A DNA stretch of 64,000 nt, taken from the IMG/VR virus record IMGVR_UViG_3300044557_000107, positions 75,821-139,820 of that record, one strand, 5' to 3'. The position numbers were made by a program, and so were the translations under genes. Below, piece by piece: positions 46,831 through 54,653 of the stretch; position 1 is the stretch's first letter; every line of letters starts with the position of its first letter. The notes below the pieces were generated by a model. The model did no database searches and was not told the origin of the DNA. It saw only the letters and a list, made by a program, of their open reading frames with translations. The stretch comes from a virus (Duplodnaviria; Caudoviricetes).

Positions 46831-47065
46831 CCCTAGTATGTACTCAAAATGTACTAGGTATGAGATAATTGTAACATAAATTTAATTTACTACTTACCCT
46901 AGTATGTACTCAAAATGTACTAGGTATGAGATGGGCGGTTCACTGGTGTTTATGTACAGTGACTCTAGTATGTACTTAAAATGTTACTAGGTACAAGACA
47001 TTATGTTTGATACGTATTTTAAGGCGTTCCCCTCGTATATATCCAAAATGTGCTAGGCATGAGGT
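46831..47065 (+). CRISPR. Mini CRISPR array: 4 repeats (36-37 nt), 3 spacers (30 nt)
   Basis: Repeat CCCTAGTATGTACTCAAAATGTACTAGGTATGAGAT at 46831 and 46897 (identical), degenerate at 46963 and 47030; unique 30-nt spacers 46867-96, 46933-62, 47000-29. Confidence 0.88.
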
Positions 47066-47100
47066 TTAAAATAAATAAATAATAAGAAAGCAGGAATATA

Positions 47101-47424
47101 ATGGCAATTAGACCAGAATACTATAAAGGCAAATCAGGACATGATATTTTCTGGGATATGGAAAATGGTAAGTACCCTGTGGAATGGGCAATCGGGTTCT
47201 GTGAGATCAACGCGGATAAATATGAAAGACGCCTGGGTAAGAAAACTAAGGATACTACGCTAGACGAGGCTAAGGCCCAGACTTACCGTGAAGAAGCTAG
47301 AAAACTCCGCGAAATTTTTGCAGACGTGCGTAACCGAGGTGTTATTGGTAGAATGTTGCATACGATAAAGATAACACTAGGGAAATTATTGGGAACACCT
47401 CGAAGAACACGAAGAAACAAGTAA
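47101..47424 (+). CDS. DUF3310-like phage protein
   Basis: RP.YY...GFC..N..KY..R.GKK....D..KA..Y. Confidence 0.7.
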   Translation: MAIRPEYYKGKSGHDIFWDMENGKYPVEWAIGFCEINADKYERRLGKKTKDTTLDEAKAQTYREEARKLREIFADVRNRGVIGRMLHTIKITLGKLLGTPRRTRRNK

Positions 47425-47456
47425 TGGAAAATTGAGTATAATAGGAAGAAGGATAC

Positions 47457-48011
47457 ATGTTGACAGCAAAGAAAAAGCAGAAGAATAAAGTAGTTACTAA
47501 GAAAATTACTTTAGAGGATCTGTACAAGGCAGGGTGGGGGAAGCACGTAGTAGAGAACTCTCCAGGACACAAAGTAGAAACTTGCCCGGTGTGCCAAAAG
47601 ATTATCAAGTTAGGGCACCAGCTAAACGCTCAGATGACCGCAGAAGAACGTGCAGAGCGCCCCAAGATTGAGCGTCGTAATGTTACTTTAGAAGAATATA
47701 AGACAATGAAAGAACTAATTAAAGATCGGTGGACACCTCGAGAGATTGCCGAGTGTTTAAATCGGTACCCAGAGACAATTAGACTATATCTACGTCAGAA
47801 GAATCTTCCAGTATACACCATTAAAAAGGCATATATTGTGACTAATGAAAAGACTAATAAGGTACATAAAGTATGTAGTTTAAAATCTGTAGGTTCTTTA
47901 ATTGGGCTTTCTCCTTCTCGATTAAGTACTTTAATTAATTTAGGAGACACTGAAGTTCATGGATATAAAATTGATATTGAAAAGTCTAGAGTTAAAGTAG
48001 GTGAGAAATAA
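47457..48011 (+). CDS. Putative DNA-binding protein (CxxC plus HTH motifs)
   Basis: CPVC; TPREIAECLNRYPETIR HTH-like; NUMOD1-like C-terminus. Confidence 0.55.
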   Translation: MLTAKKKQKNKVVTKKITLEDLYKAGWGKHVVENSPGHKVETCPVCQKIIKLGHQLNAQMTAEERAERPKIERRNVTLEEYKTMKELIKDRWTPREIAECLNRYPETIRLYLRQKNLPVYTIKKAYIVTNEKTNKVHKVCSLKSVGSLIGLSPSRLSTLINLGDTEVHGYKIDIEKSRVKVGEK

Positions 48012-48013
48012 AT

Positions 48014-48454
48014 ATGTTAAAAGCAATCTGTATAGGAGTTCTTATATTTCATGCGTTATATGCATTAAAATTAACATGGCATGTAAAAGATAAACGGGTC
48101 CAAGAAGAAAATTTATCAGAACTGGAATTTTGTGAGAGATTTTTTGGACAGCAATTTTTATACTACGTGATTATGTTTACGTTGGTAGTCTCTTATGGTA
48201 TTCTTATGCTCTCTACAAGGTATCTATATCGTTATGGAAACTACGGAGGACTTACTAGATACTTATTGAGCCTTACACTATGGTTCTTATTAGTAGATTT
48301 TCTAATATCTATTATTGAGTTATACCAGAATAAGTCTGCTACAAGTTTATTTGAGAAACACTTAACAGTTCCTAGCAAATTAAATCGAGCATGGGACGGC
48401 TTAGATATTGCATTATTCCTTACTACAGGAATTCTTTGTGCCTTATACTTTTAG
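48014..48454 (+). CDS. Membrane protein
   Basis: About four hydrophobic helices. Confidence 0.65.
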   Translation: MLKAICIGVLIFHALYALKLTWHVKDKRVQEENLSELEFCERFFGQQFLYYVIMFTLVVSYGILMLSTRYLYRYGNYGGLTRYLLSLTLWFLLVDFLISIIELYQNKSATSLFEKHLTVPSKLNRAWDGLDIALFLTTGILCALYF

Positions 48455-48471
48455 GATAGGGGTGATTATTA

Positions 48472-48972
48472 ATGAGTAACAAATATGTATTCTTAATTGA
48501 GGATAGGGCTAAAGGCATAGTTACATTGAAGAACCTAAAATTCGCCATGTCCCATTATGGAGGTCGTCTATGGATGATGACTGTAGTTCTTCCTCAAAAG
48601 ATTGGGGGAGGTTGGTATGAATCTTTGGATTATAAACTCCACTATATGTCTCCAAAAGAGAATAAAAATAATGTAATTAAGATGCTTACAAGGGATTCAG
48701 TTTCGTTAAAGGAAGCTATGCGAGCTAAACATAATTACTTATCGTCCTCTGGTAGAGAAAATCGTAAATTAAAATTAAAAATTATACCTTTACAATCTGC
48801 GAAGAGTATAATAAATAGTATTCCCCTAGAAGTAGAGGAGCCTCAAGGGCTTGGAAGAACTATACACCGTTTAAGAAAGATTAAGGAAAAGCAAAAAGAA
48901 AGATCGAGAGATAAGCAAAAAGAAAGATCGAGAGATAAGCAAAAGCAACATGGTCTACACCCTAAATTTTAG
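48472..48972 (+). CDS. Hypothetical basic protein with KQKERSRD tandem repeat
   Basis: 24-nt tandem repeat near 48889-48945. Confidence 0.6.
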   Translation: MSNKYVFLIEDRAKGIVTLKNLKFAMSHYGGRLWMMTVVLPQKIGGGWYESLDYKLHYMSPKENKNNVIKMLTRDSVSLKEAMRAKHNYLSSSGRENRKLKLKIIPLQSAKSIINSIPLEVEEPQGLGRTIHRLRKIKEKQKERSRDKQKERSRDKQKQHGLHPKF

Positions 48973-48987
48973 AAGGGAAGCATTAAT

Positions 48988-49311
48988 GTGAAACTAAAGG
49001 CAGAAGTTGAAGTTCTTGGAGTAACATATAAAATATTTACAGAAGTTACAGACTCGGATAATCCAAGGATTAAAGGACTTGATGGTTACTGTGACTGTGT
49101 TAATGAACTCGGGCACAAGATTTACATTGCGTATTTTTCAGAGGAGCGTAAGGCTTACGAAGCCGAAGTAATTCGTCATGAGCTAGTTCATGCATTCTTG
49201 TACGAGTCTGGCTTAGATACTCAGAGTACATGGGCAAGAGATGAGGAACTAGTTGATTGGATTGCAATCCAGTTTCCTAAGATGAGTAAAGCTTTCAAAA
49301 GTATTTCTTAA
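48988..49311 (+). CDS. HExxH metallopeptidase-like phage protein
   Basis: DGYCD...IRHELVHAFLYESGL...EELVDWIAIQFPK. Confidence 0.7.
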   Translation: MKLKAEVEVLGVTYKIFTEVTDSDNPRIKGLDGYCDCVNELGHKIYIAYFSEERKAYEAEVIRHELVHAFLYESGLDTQSTWARDEELVDWIAIQFPKMSKAFKSIS

Positions 49312-49386
49312 AACCACTTGACACACAGAAGAAAGTACAGTACACTGTAATTAGCAACAAAATAATAAAGAACAGAGGTAAGTTAC

Positions 49387-50490
49387 ATGCAAATTATTGA
49401 TGATGGAAAGCACTTATTAGTTTACTCAGAACCTTTAAAGTCTTCCAACAAGCTTAACGCAAAAAAGAACTATGAAGTTCACTTTGAAGGTGGTCCGAAT
49501 GGGGTGGGTTGGCACCTTACTCGCAGTGAACCATTCTCGAAACCTGAATTTAAAATTTACGGTAATCAAATTAGTACCGTAGATGATGTCTTAGACTCCT
49601 TTAGTAAGTCCAAAAAGAGTGTTGGTGTAATTTTATCGGGTGACAAAGGTACCGGCAAAACAGTATTTTCTAAGTTATTATCTTATAAAGCCCATAGTAT
49701 GGGAATGCCTACGGTGCTTGTTAATGATAATAGTAATCCAGGAGTTGCTAACTTCATTTCTCGGATTGACACATCATCTGTTGTTATGTTTGATGAGTTT
49801 GAAAAGAAATTTCAAGATACTATGCAGGGAGTTAACCAGGATACTCAAAATGATCTTTTAAGCCTTTTCGATGGGGTCCTTGGTGGAAAGAACTTATATG
49901 TAATTACTGTTAATGATATTATCAATCTTTCTCCGTATATTTTGAATCGTCCAGGTCGTTTTATGTATTCTATTCGAATGAATCAACCTACACCAGAAGA
50001 TATTCAAGCGTACTTAACCGATAAACTTATGGGAAGTCTTGAAAGCAAACAAGAAGAAATTGATTTAATTACTCGGTTTAGCTTTAAAGTACCTTTAAGT
50101 TATGATATTTTGGATACTTTGGTATTCCAAATTAATAACGGGCATAAGTTTGCGGAAGTACTACCTTCACTAAACTTGATGAACTTTGGCGATATGGACT
50201 ATAGCTTAACCGTAGTCTTTTCAAGTGGCTATGAATATCATGTACCTTCTACAGATATTGATTTATTTGCTGAGGATGTTAAAGTTAACACTGATGATAT
50301 TAATTTTGATTTCCGATCTAAAGACTTTGAAGTTACAGATAAGTTCTTACAAGTTTCAGGTGATAAAATTAACCGTGTTCATGTAGATGACATGCTCAAG
50401 GAACATGTTCAAAGTGGGATGCGGGTAGAAGATATTGACCATATTGAGATTAAGCCAGTCCGCTCGGATAACTTTGGGTTTAATTTATAG
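49387..50490 (+). CDS. AAA+ ATPase
   Basis: GDKGTGKT, VMFDEFEK, LLSLFDG, NRPGRF. Confidence 0.9.
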   Translation: MQIIDDGKHLLVYSEPLKSSNKLNAKKNYEVHFEGGPNGVGWHLTRSEPFSKPEFKIYGNQISTVDDVLDSFSKSKKSVGVILSGDKGTGKTVFSKLLSYKAHSMGMPTVLVNDNSNPGVANFISRIDTSSVVMFDEFEKKFQDTMQGVNQDTQNDLLSLFDGVLGGKNLYVITVNDIINLSPYILNRPGRFMYSIRMNQPTPEDIQAYLTDKLMGSLESKQEEIDLITRFSFKVPLSYDILDTLVFQINNGHKFAEVLPSLNLMNFGDMDYSLTVVFSSGYEYHVPSTDIDLFAEDVKVNTDDINFDFRSKDFEVTDKFLQVSGDKINRVHVDDMLKEHVQSGMRVEDIDHIEIKPVRSDNFGFNL

Positions 50491-50498
50491 TGAACACA

Positions 50499-50548
50499 TT
50501 GACTTAAGGATACCTATGTGGTATCCTTATTTTAGTTAAATGAAAGAA
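50499..50548 (+). promoter_or_regulatory. Repeated promoter cassette copy 3
   Basis: TTGACTTAAGGATACCTATGTGGTATCCTTATTTTAGTTAAATGAAAGAA. Confidence 0.8.
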
Positions 50549-50561
50549 AGAGGGAGATACA

Positions 50562-50846
50562 TTGAAACTATATCACGGAACAACGGACAAGCTACCCATT
50601 AAGAATTTTGTATTACCTGCGAGTCAGACTAGGGTGCTTAGAGAAGACTTTCGAAACTACAATATCGGAGTAGTCTTTCTAACAAGCAGTCTTCCTAGTG
50701 CAGAAAAGTACGCTAAAAAAGCGGCTTCTAAATTTGGAGGGAACCCCGTAGTCTACGATTGCATTCCCATAGGTGCTTTATCCAATAATAACAATCATGA
50801 GACTCTCTGTCGTAAAGCAGTAGTAACTGGAAAGGAATCTAATTAA
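50562..50846 (+). CDS. Small ADP-ribosyltransferase-fold protein (Arr-like)
   Basis: LYHGT...VFLTSS...A.KYA...GG.PVVY. Confidence 0.6.
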   Translation: MKLYHGTTDKLPIKNFVLPASQTRVLREDFRNYNIGVVFLTSSLPSAEKYAKKAASKFGGNPVVYDCIPIGALSNNNNHETLCRKAVVTGKESN

Positions 50847-50848
50847 CT

Positions 50849-50992
50849 ATGCAGATGATAACTAAAGTCTTTGTAGTCTATGCTAAACAGCCTATTAAAG
50901 CATTCACAGATAAGCAACTAGCAGATAGTCTTGCTCACAAGTACCCACAAGCTAAAGTGGAAACTGTACAATTAGCTATAGATTCTTTGTAG
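50849..50992 (+). CDS. Small hypothetical protein (not in ORF track)
   Basis: 47 aa MQMITKVFVVYAKQPIKAFTDKQLAD... Confidence 0.45.
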   Translation: MQMITKVFVVYAKQPIKAFTDKQLADSLAHKYPQAKVETVQLAIDSL

Positions 50993-51060
50993 GTAGTGCT
51001 TGACAATCTTGGCAATAGGAGTTAGTATTAGAGCATAGAAATAGAAAGTAGGTAGTTTAA

Positions 51061-51786
51061 ATGAGTGAAAAAGTCTATAAAGTTGGGGACAAAGTTAGAA
51101 TTAGAAAAGATTTAAAAAAATTATACATGAATGGGGAAAGTGACTATGGAGTAACTCATGGTATGCTACATTATGCCAATAACGTAGCTTTTATTACAAA
51201 GGTGTTTTCGGACGGTTCTTTCCATATTACCCTAGATGGTGGTCGTTGGTGTTGGGGCGCTGATTGTACTTCAGAGACATCCGAAGAAAACGATCTAGTT
51301 GAGGTTCCCCAATGGTTTGATGAATGGTATAATACTCTTAAAGGACTAAATGTTTATCCAAAAGAAGTTAAGTTACTAGCAATCCATAAGCTTACTCAGC
51401 AAGGATATGGTTGTGGTTTTACAGATCCTCTAAAGATCTTGGATGGTACTGATGGCTGTCCTTGGGAGCAACACTCAGAGGAGGATCTGTATACTGCTGA
51501 GCGTGCAGGTTATGTGAATAGTCATAAACTAGATCTAATTAGTGCAGTAATTAATGGATATACTGTTATTAAGGAACCTGATTTGTATAACATTCCACTT
51601 CCTTATCTGACAACATCAGAAGGCGACCCTCAGTATCTATCCGCGAGAGGACTTCCTGGGTCAGAAAGTGTGTCATTCTTTGCCTGTCCTAAAAACGCAA
51701 GGCTTAAGCAAACTTTCGCAGAAGAAGAGTTAAATTACATTCCGAGTGACTACAAACAGTATGCAAAGAAGGTGCAAGATGACTAA
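51061..51786 (+). CDS. Modular phage protein (DUF1642-like parts)
   Basis: KVGDKVRI N-terminus, VEVPQWF..W, A..NGYTV.KE.LY.IP. Confidence 0.6.
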   Translation: MSEKVYKVGDKVRIRKDLKKLYMNGESDYGVTHGMLHYANNVAFITKVFSDGSFHITLDGGRWCWGADCTSETSEENDLVEVPQWFDEWYNTLKGLNVYPKEVKLLAIHKLTQQGYGCGFTDPLKILDGTDGCPWEQHSEEDLYTAERAGYVNSHKLDLISAVINGYTVIKEPDLYNIPLPYLTTSEGDPQYLSARGLPGSESVSFFACPKNARLKQTFAEEELNYIPSDYKQYAKKVQDD

Positions 51787-52228
51787 ATACATCAAAACAG
51801 GAACAACCGAGTTTGAACAGTTTGATGGTTCAGATGAAATGTGCGAAAAGTATAGCATTAGAAAAGACACAGAATACCTGATTTCTGATGACCCGCTGGA
51901 ATACCAGATAGCCCCATATCAGATAGAATCATTAGAAGGTTGGTTAAATCTTAACGTTGGTGATTGGATTGCAACAGGAGCCGAAGGTGAACACTGGCCA
52001 GTCCACGATGAGACTTTCAAAAAGGCCTACAAGAAGTTGCCAAAGTTAACTAGACCTGTGTCGCGATATCTTGAATATTGTAAGGAACATTGGAGTCTGA
52101 ATGACGCATTCTTAAACGCGGAATATCTGGTGCCTAGTAATGGCGCTCTAGAAGTATTTGACTATCTTAGCGAGCACCCCGATGATTTTGCGCGTGCATG
52201 GCTAGATGGTTACGAGGTAGTAAAATGA
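51779..52228 (+). CDS. Phage protein with GDWIATG..GEHWP motif and DUF1642 C-terminus
   Basis: QFDGS, VGDWIATG.EGEHWP, FARAWLDGYEV. Confidence 0.65.
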   Translation: MTKYIKTGTTEFEQFDGSDEMCEKYSIRKDTEYLISDDPLEYQIAPYQIESLEGWLNLNVGDWIATGAEGEHWPVHDETFKKAYKKLPKLTRPVSRYLEYCKEHWSLNDAFLNAEYLVPSNGALEVFDYLSEHPDDFARAWLDGYEVVK

Positions 52229-52377
52229 TTGGAGATTGGTTGCAGTGGTAGGTCGTTGAATTTAAGCAAACGTTTTGTTGGCACGACTATAAATTTGACG
52301 GCATCGTTCCGGTTGGGGTGGATACTCGGTACGCCTACGAGTGTACTAAATGTGGTCGGGTCAAAATTAAAGTATAG
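52225..52377 (+). pseudogene. Small Zn-finger phage ORF with in-frame TAG at codon 9
   Basis: ATGA-coupled MIGDWLQW*VVEFKQTFCWHDYK...ECTKCGRVKIKV*. Confidence 0.5.
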
Positions 52378-52395
52378 AAGGGGCAGTGATCTAAC

Positions 52396-52839
52396 TTGGA
52401 TGATAAAAGCTTTAAGTGCCTGAATCAAGAAGAAACAGAAGAGAGTTCTGCATTATATGAGGCATTCTCCCACATGAGTGAGGAATATGATACACTATTA
52501 GCAAGATACTCTCTTATTAGAAATAATGAGAAGATCACTAATAGTATCTTTCTAGGAAGACAGTTTCTGTTTGATGCCTCTCAAGATATGCGATATGATC
52601 CAGAGGATATTAAAGGTCCCAGCCATGATGATTTTTCTGATTTATTTCCTAATACTATTATCAACTATGCTAAAACTAGAAAGTCTAGTGGAGATGCCTT
52701 AGCAGACGCTCTGTGTAATACAAGCAACTGCGAGTACTTTACTGAATGGCTCTACCAAGGCGACTATAAGAACAAACAGATATATAAAAAGAATCAAGAG
52801 AAGTTTGCTAAACTATGGATTTATCTTGATGCAGGGTAG
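52396..52839 (+). CDS. Hypothetical protein
   Basis: 147-aa ORF. Confidence 0.55.
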   Translation: MDDKSFKCLNQEETEESSALYEAFSHMSEEYDTLLARYSLIRNNEKITNSIFLGRQFLFDASQDMRYDPEDIKGPSHDDFSDLFPNTIINYAKTRKSSGDALADALCNTSNCEYFTEWLYQGDYKNKQIYKKNQEKFAKLWIYLDAG

Positions 52840-52994
52840 GAAGGAGGATATTATGTTCTTTAGGAAGAAAAAGAAAACCAAACATCGGTATCACATAGTT
52901 ATGGACTCTAATGGTTACAGAGTTCAGGCGGAGTTTAGCCTAGATGGGGAAATAACAAATGGGGACCAAATGAGGTACTTAGTCAAATATTTAT

Positions 52995-54375
52995 TTGTTT
53001 AGGGCAAGAAGACACGTTATTTCAATAACGTGATGAATTACTGATTGACAAATATAGCAATAGTAGTATAATAGAGATAAACAAAGGAGGTGAGAATATA
53101 TGTATAAAGGAATTAAACTTCAAATATATCCAAACTTAGAACAGCAACAACAGATAGTTGATAACTTTGGTTGTTGTCGGTTTGTGTGGAATCAGATGTT
53201 AAACATGCAGATTGAAAGGTATAAGAATAACCCAGATAGCAAATTCTTAAATGGATTTGCTATGAATTTTCTGTTAAAACAATTAAAATCTGAACACCCA
53301 TGGTTAAAACAAGTAGATAGTACATCATTACAAGATACTTGTGAAACTCTAGCAGTGACATACCAAAGGTTCTTCAAACATATTGGTAGTTATCCAAAAT
53401 TCAAATCTCGTAAATACCCTAAGAAAAGTTATAAAGCTAAAATGATTACTAATAACATTAGATTAGTGAATAATCATTATCTCAAATTACCTAAGTTAGG
53501 GGTTATGAAGTTTAAAGGTCGCTTAACTACTGACAAGATTAAATCTGCTACAATTAAACTAAGTCCAGCTGGTAAATTCTATTGTGTTTTATTGACTGAA
53601 TGTGAAAACCAAACATTATTTGATAAAACTAACAAGAACGTAGGTTTGGATATGGGTGTAGCAGATTTGGTTATTACTAGTGATGGTATTAAATACCCTA
53701 CTATTAGATTTGATAAAATCTTAGCTAAAAAGAAACATTATTGGGAGAAAAGATTAGCTAGACGTAGATTACAAGCTCAAAGAGAAATGGCAGGGGATAA
53801 ACATAATAAGGTACTAGAGCCTCGTGTATTAGCAGATTTTAAGAATGTTGAGAAAGCTAAAATCATGGTTGCTAAATACAGTGAAAAGATAGCTAATCAG
53901 CGAAAGGATTATCTGCATAAGATAACTACGGATCTAGTTCATCAATATGATGTGATCAAAATTGAAGATTTGAAAACCAAAAATCTTCTAAAGAACCACA
54001 AATTAGCTAGAGCTATTGCAAACCAAAGTTGGAGAGAACTCCGAAGTATGCTGGAATATAAATGTGAGTGGTATGGAAAACAGTTAGTCACTGTTAACCC
54101 TAGAAAGACTAGTCAAATTTGTAGTAACTGTGGTTATGATGATGGTAAGCATGAGTTAAATATTAGACAGTGGACGTGCCCTAAATGTGGTACCAACCAT
54201 GATAGAGATATAAATGCAGCAATTAATATCCTACAAGCATCATAAATACAAAGACTAACATGGGATGGGACAGCCCTTAGTAAATAGAGTAAACCGCTGT
54301 TTAGTATTACTAGTAATACTAGATAAGTTATGCTTGTTCCTAGAAGCTCGGTACTTTAGTACCGATGTAGTTCAC
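52995..54375 (+). mobile_element. tnpB-only IS200/IS605 element inserted 3' of TTTAT
   Basis: Left-end hairpin AAGA-CACGTTAT-ttca-ATAACGTG; right end GAAG-CTCGGTAC-ttta-GTACCGA...TTCAC; no tnpA. Confidence 0.88.
53100..54245 (+). CDS. tnpB: TnpB, RuvC intact
   Basis: [40 protein letters not shown]. Confidence 0.95.
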   Translation: MYKGIKLQIYPNLEQQQQIVDNFGCCRFVWNQMLNMQIERYKNNPDSKFLNGFAMNFLLKQLKSEHPWLKQVDSTSLQDTCETLAVTYQRFFKHIGSYPKFKSRKYPKKSYKAKMITNNIRLVNNHYLKLPKLGVMKFKGRLTTDKIKSATIKLSPAGKFYCVLLTECENQTLFDKTNKNVGLDMGVADLVITSDGIKYPTIRFDKILAKKKHYWEKRLARRRLQAQREMAGDKHNKVLEPRVLADFKNVEKAKIMVAKYSEKIANQRKDYLHKITTDLVHQYDVIKIEDLKTKNLLKNHKLARAIANQSWRELRSMLEYKCEWYGKQLVTVNPRKTSQICSNCGYDDGKHELNIRQWTCPKCGTNHDRDINAAINILQAS

Positions 54376-54446
54376 CGAACTTGTGGAGTCTACCCGATGG
54401 GCATATTCTAAGTATAGTTAGGATTGAGAAGGAAGGTGATTAGAAT

Positions 54447-54638
54447 ATGCAAAGAACTTTTAGACATAAATATGTGTACTATGTAGTTTTTGAAAGTCAA
54501 AATGAGAAAAATACTTTTGAGATTACTAGGCATACCCCACTGAATTCTCGGTCAAAACTAGATGCACTAACGGATAGTCTTTTGAAGGAACTAAAAGCAT
54601 CAAGCGGAATAATTACTAATGTAACTCGGCTTAATTAA
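54447..54638 (+). CDS. Small hypothetical protein
   Basis: 63 aa, GGAAGGTG RBS. Confidence 0.55.
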   Translation: MQRTFRHKYVYYVVFESQNEKNTFEITRHTPLNSRSKLDALTDSLLKELKASSGIITNVTRLN

Positions 54639-54653
54639 AGGAGAAATTATAAA

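Larger units (their letters stand above)
52853..54443 (+). pseudogene. Small gene interrupted by IS605-family element
   Basis: Joining 52994 to 54376 restores MFFRKKKK...RYLVKYL-SNLWSLPDGHILSIVRIEKEGD*. Confidence 0.7.

Noticed and set aside
48555-48563. TTAT+GGAGG as a target for orphan guide 2
   Set aside because: Only 5 nt of the guide match; guide 2 is explained by its local flank.
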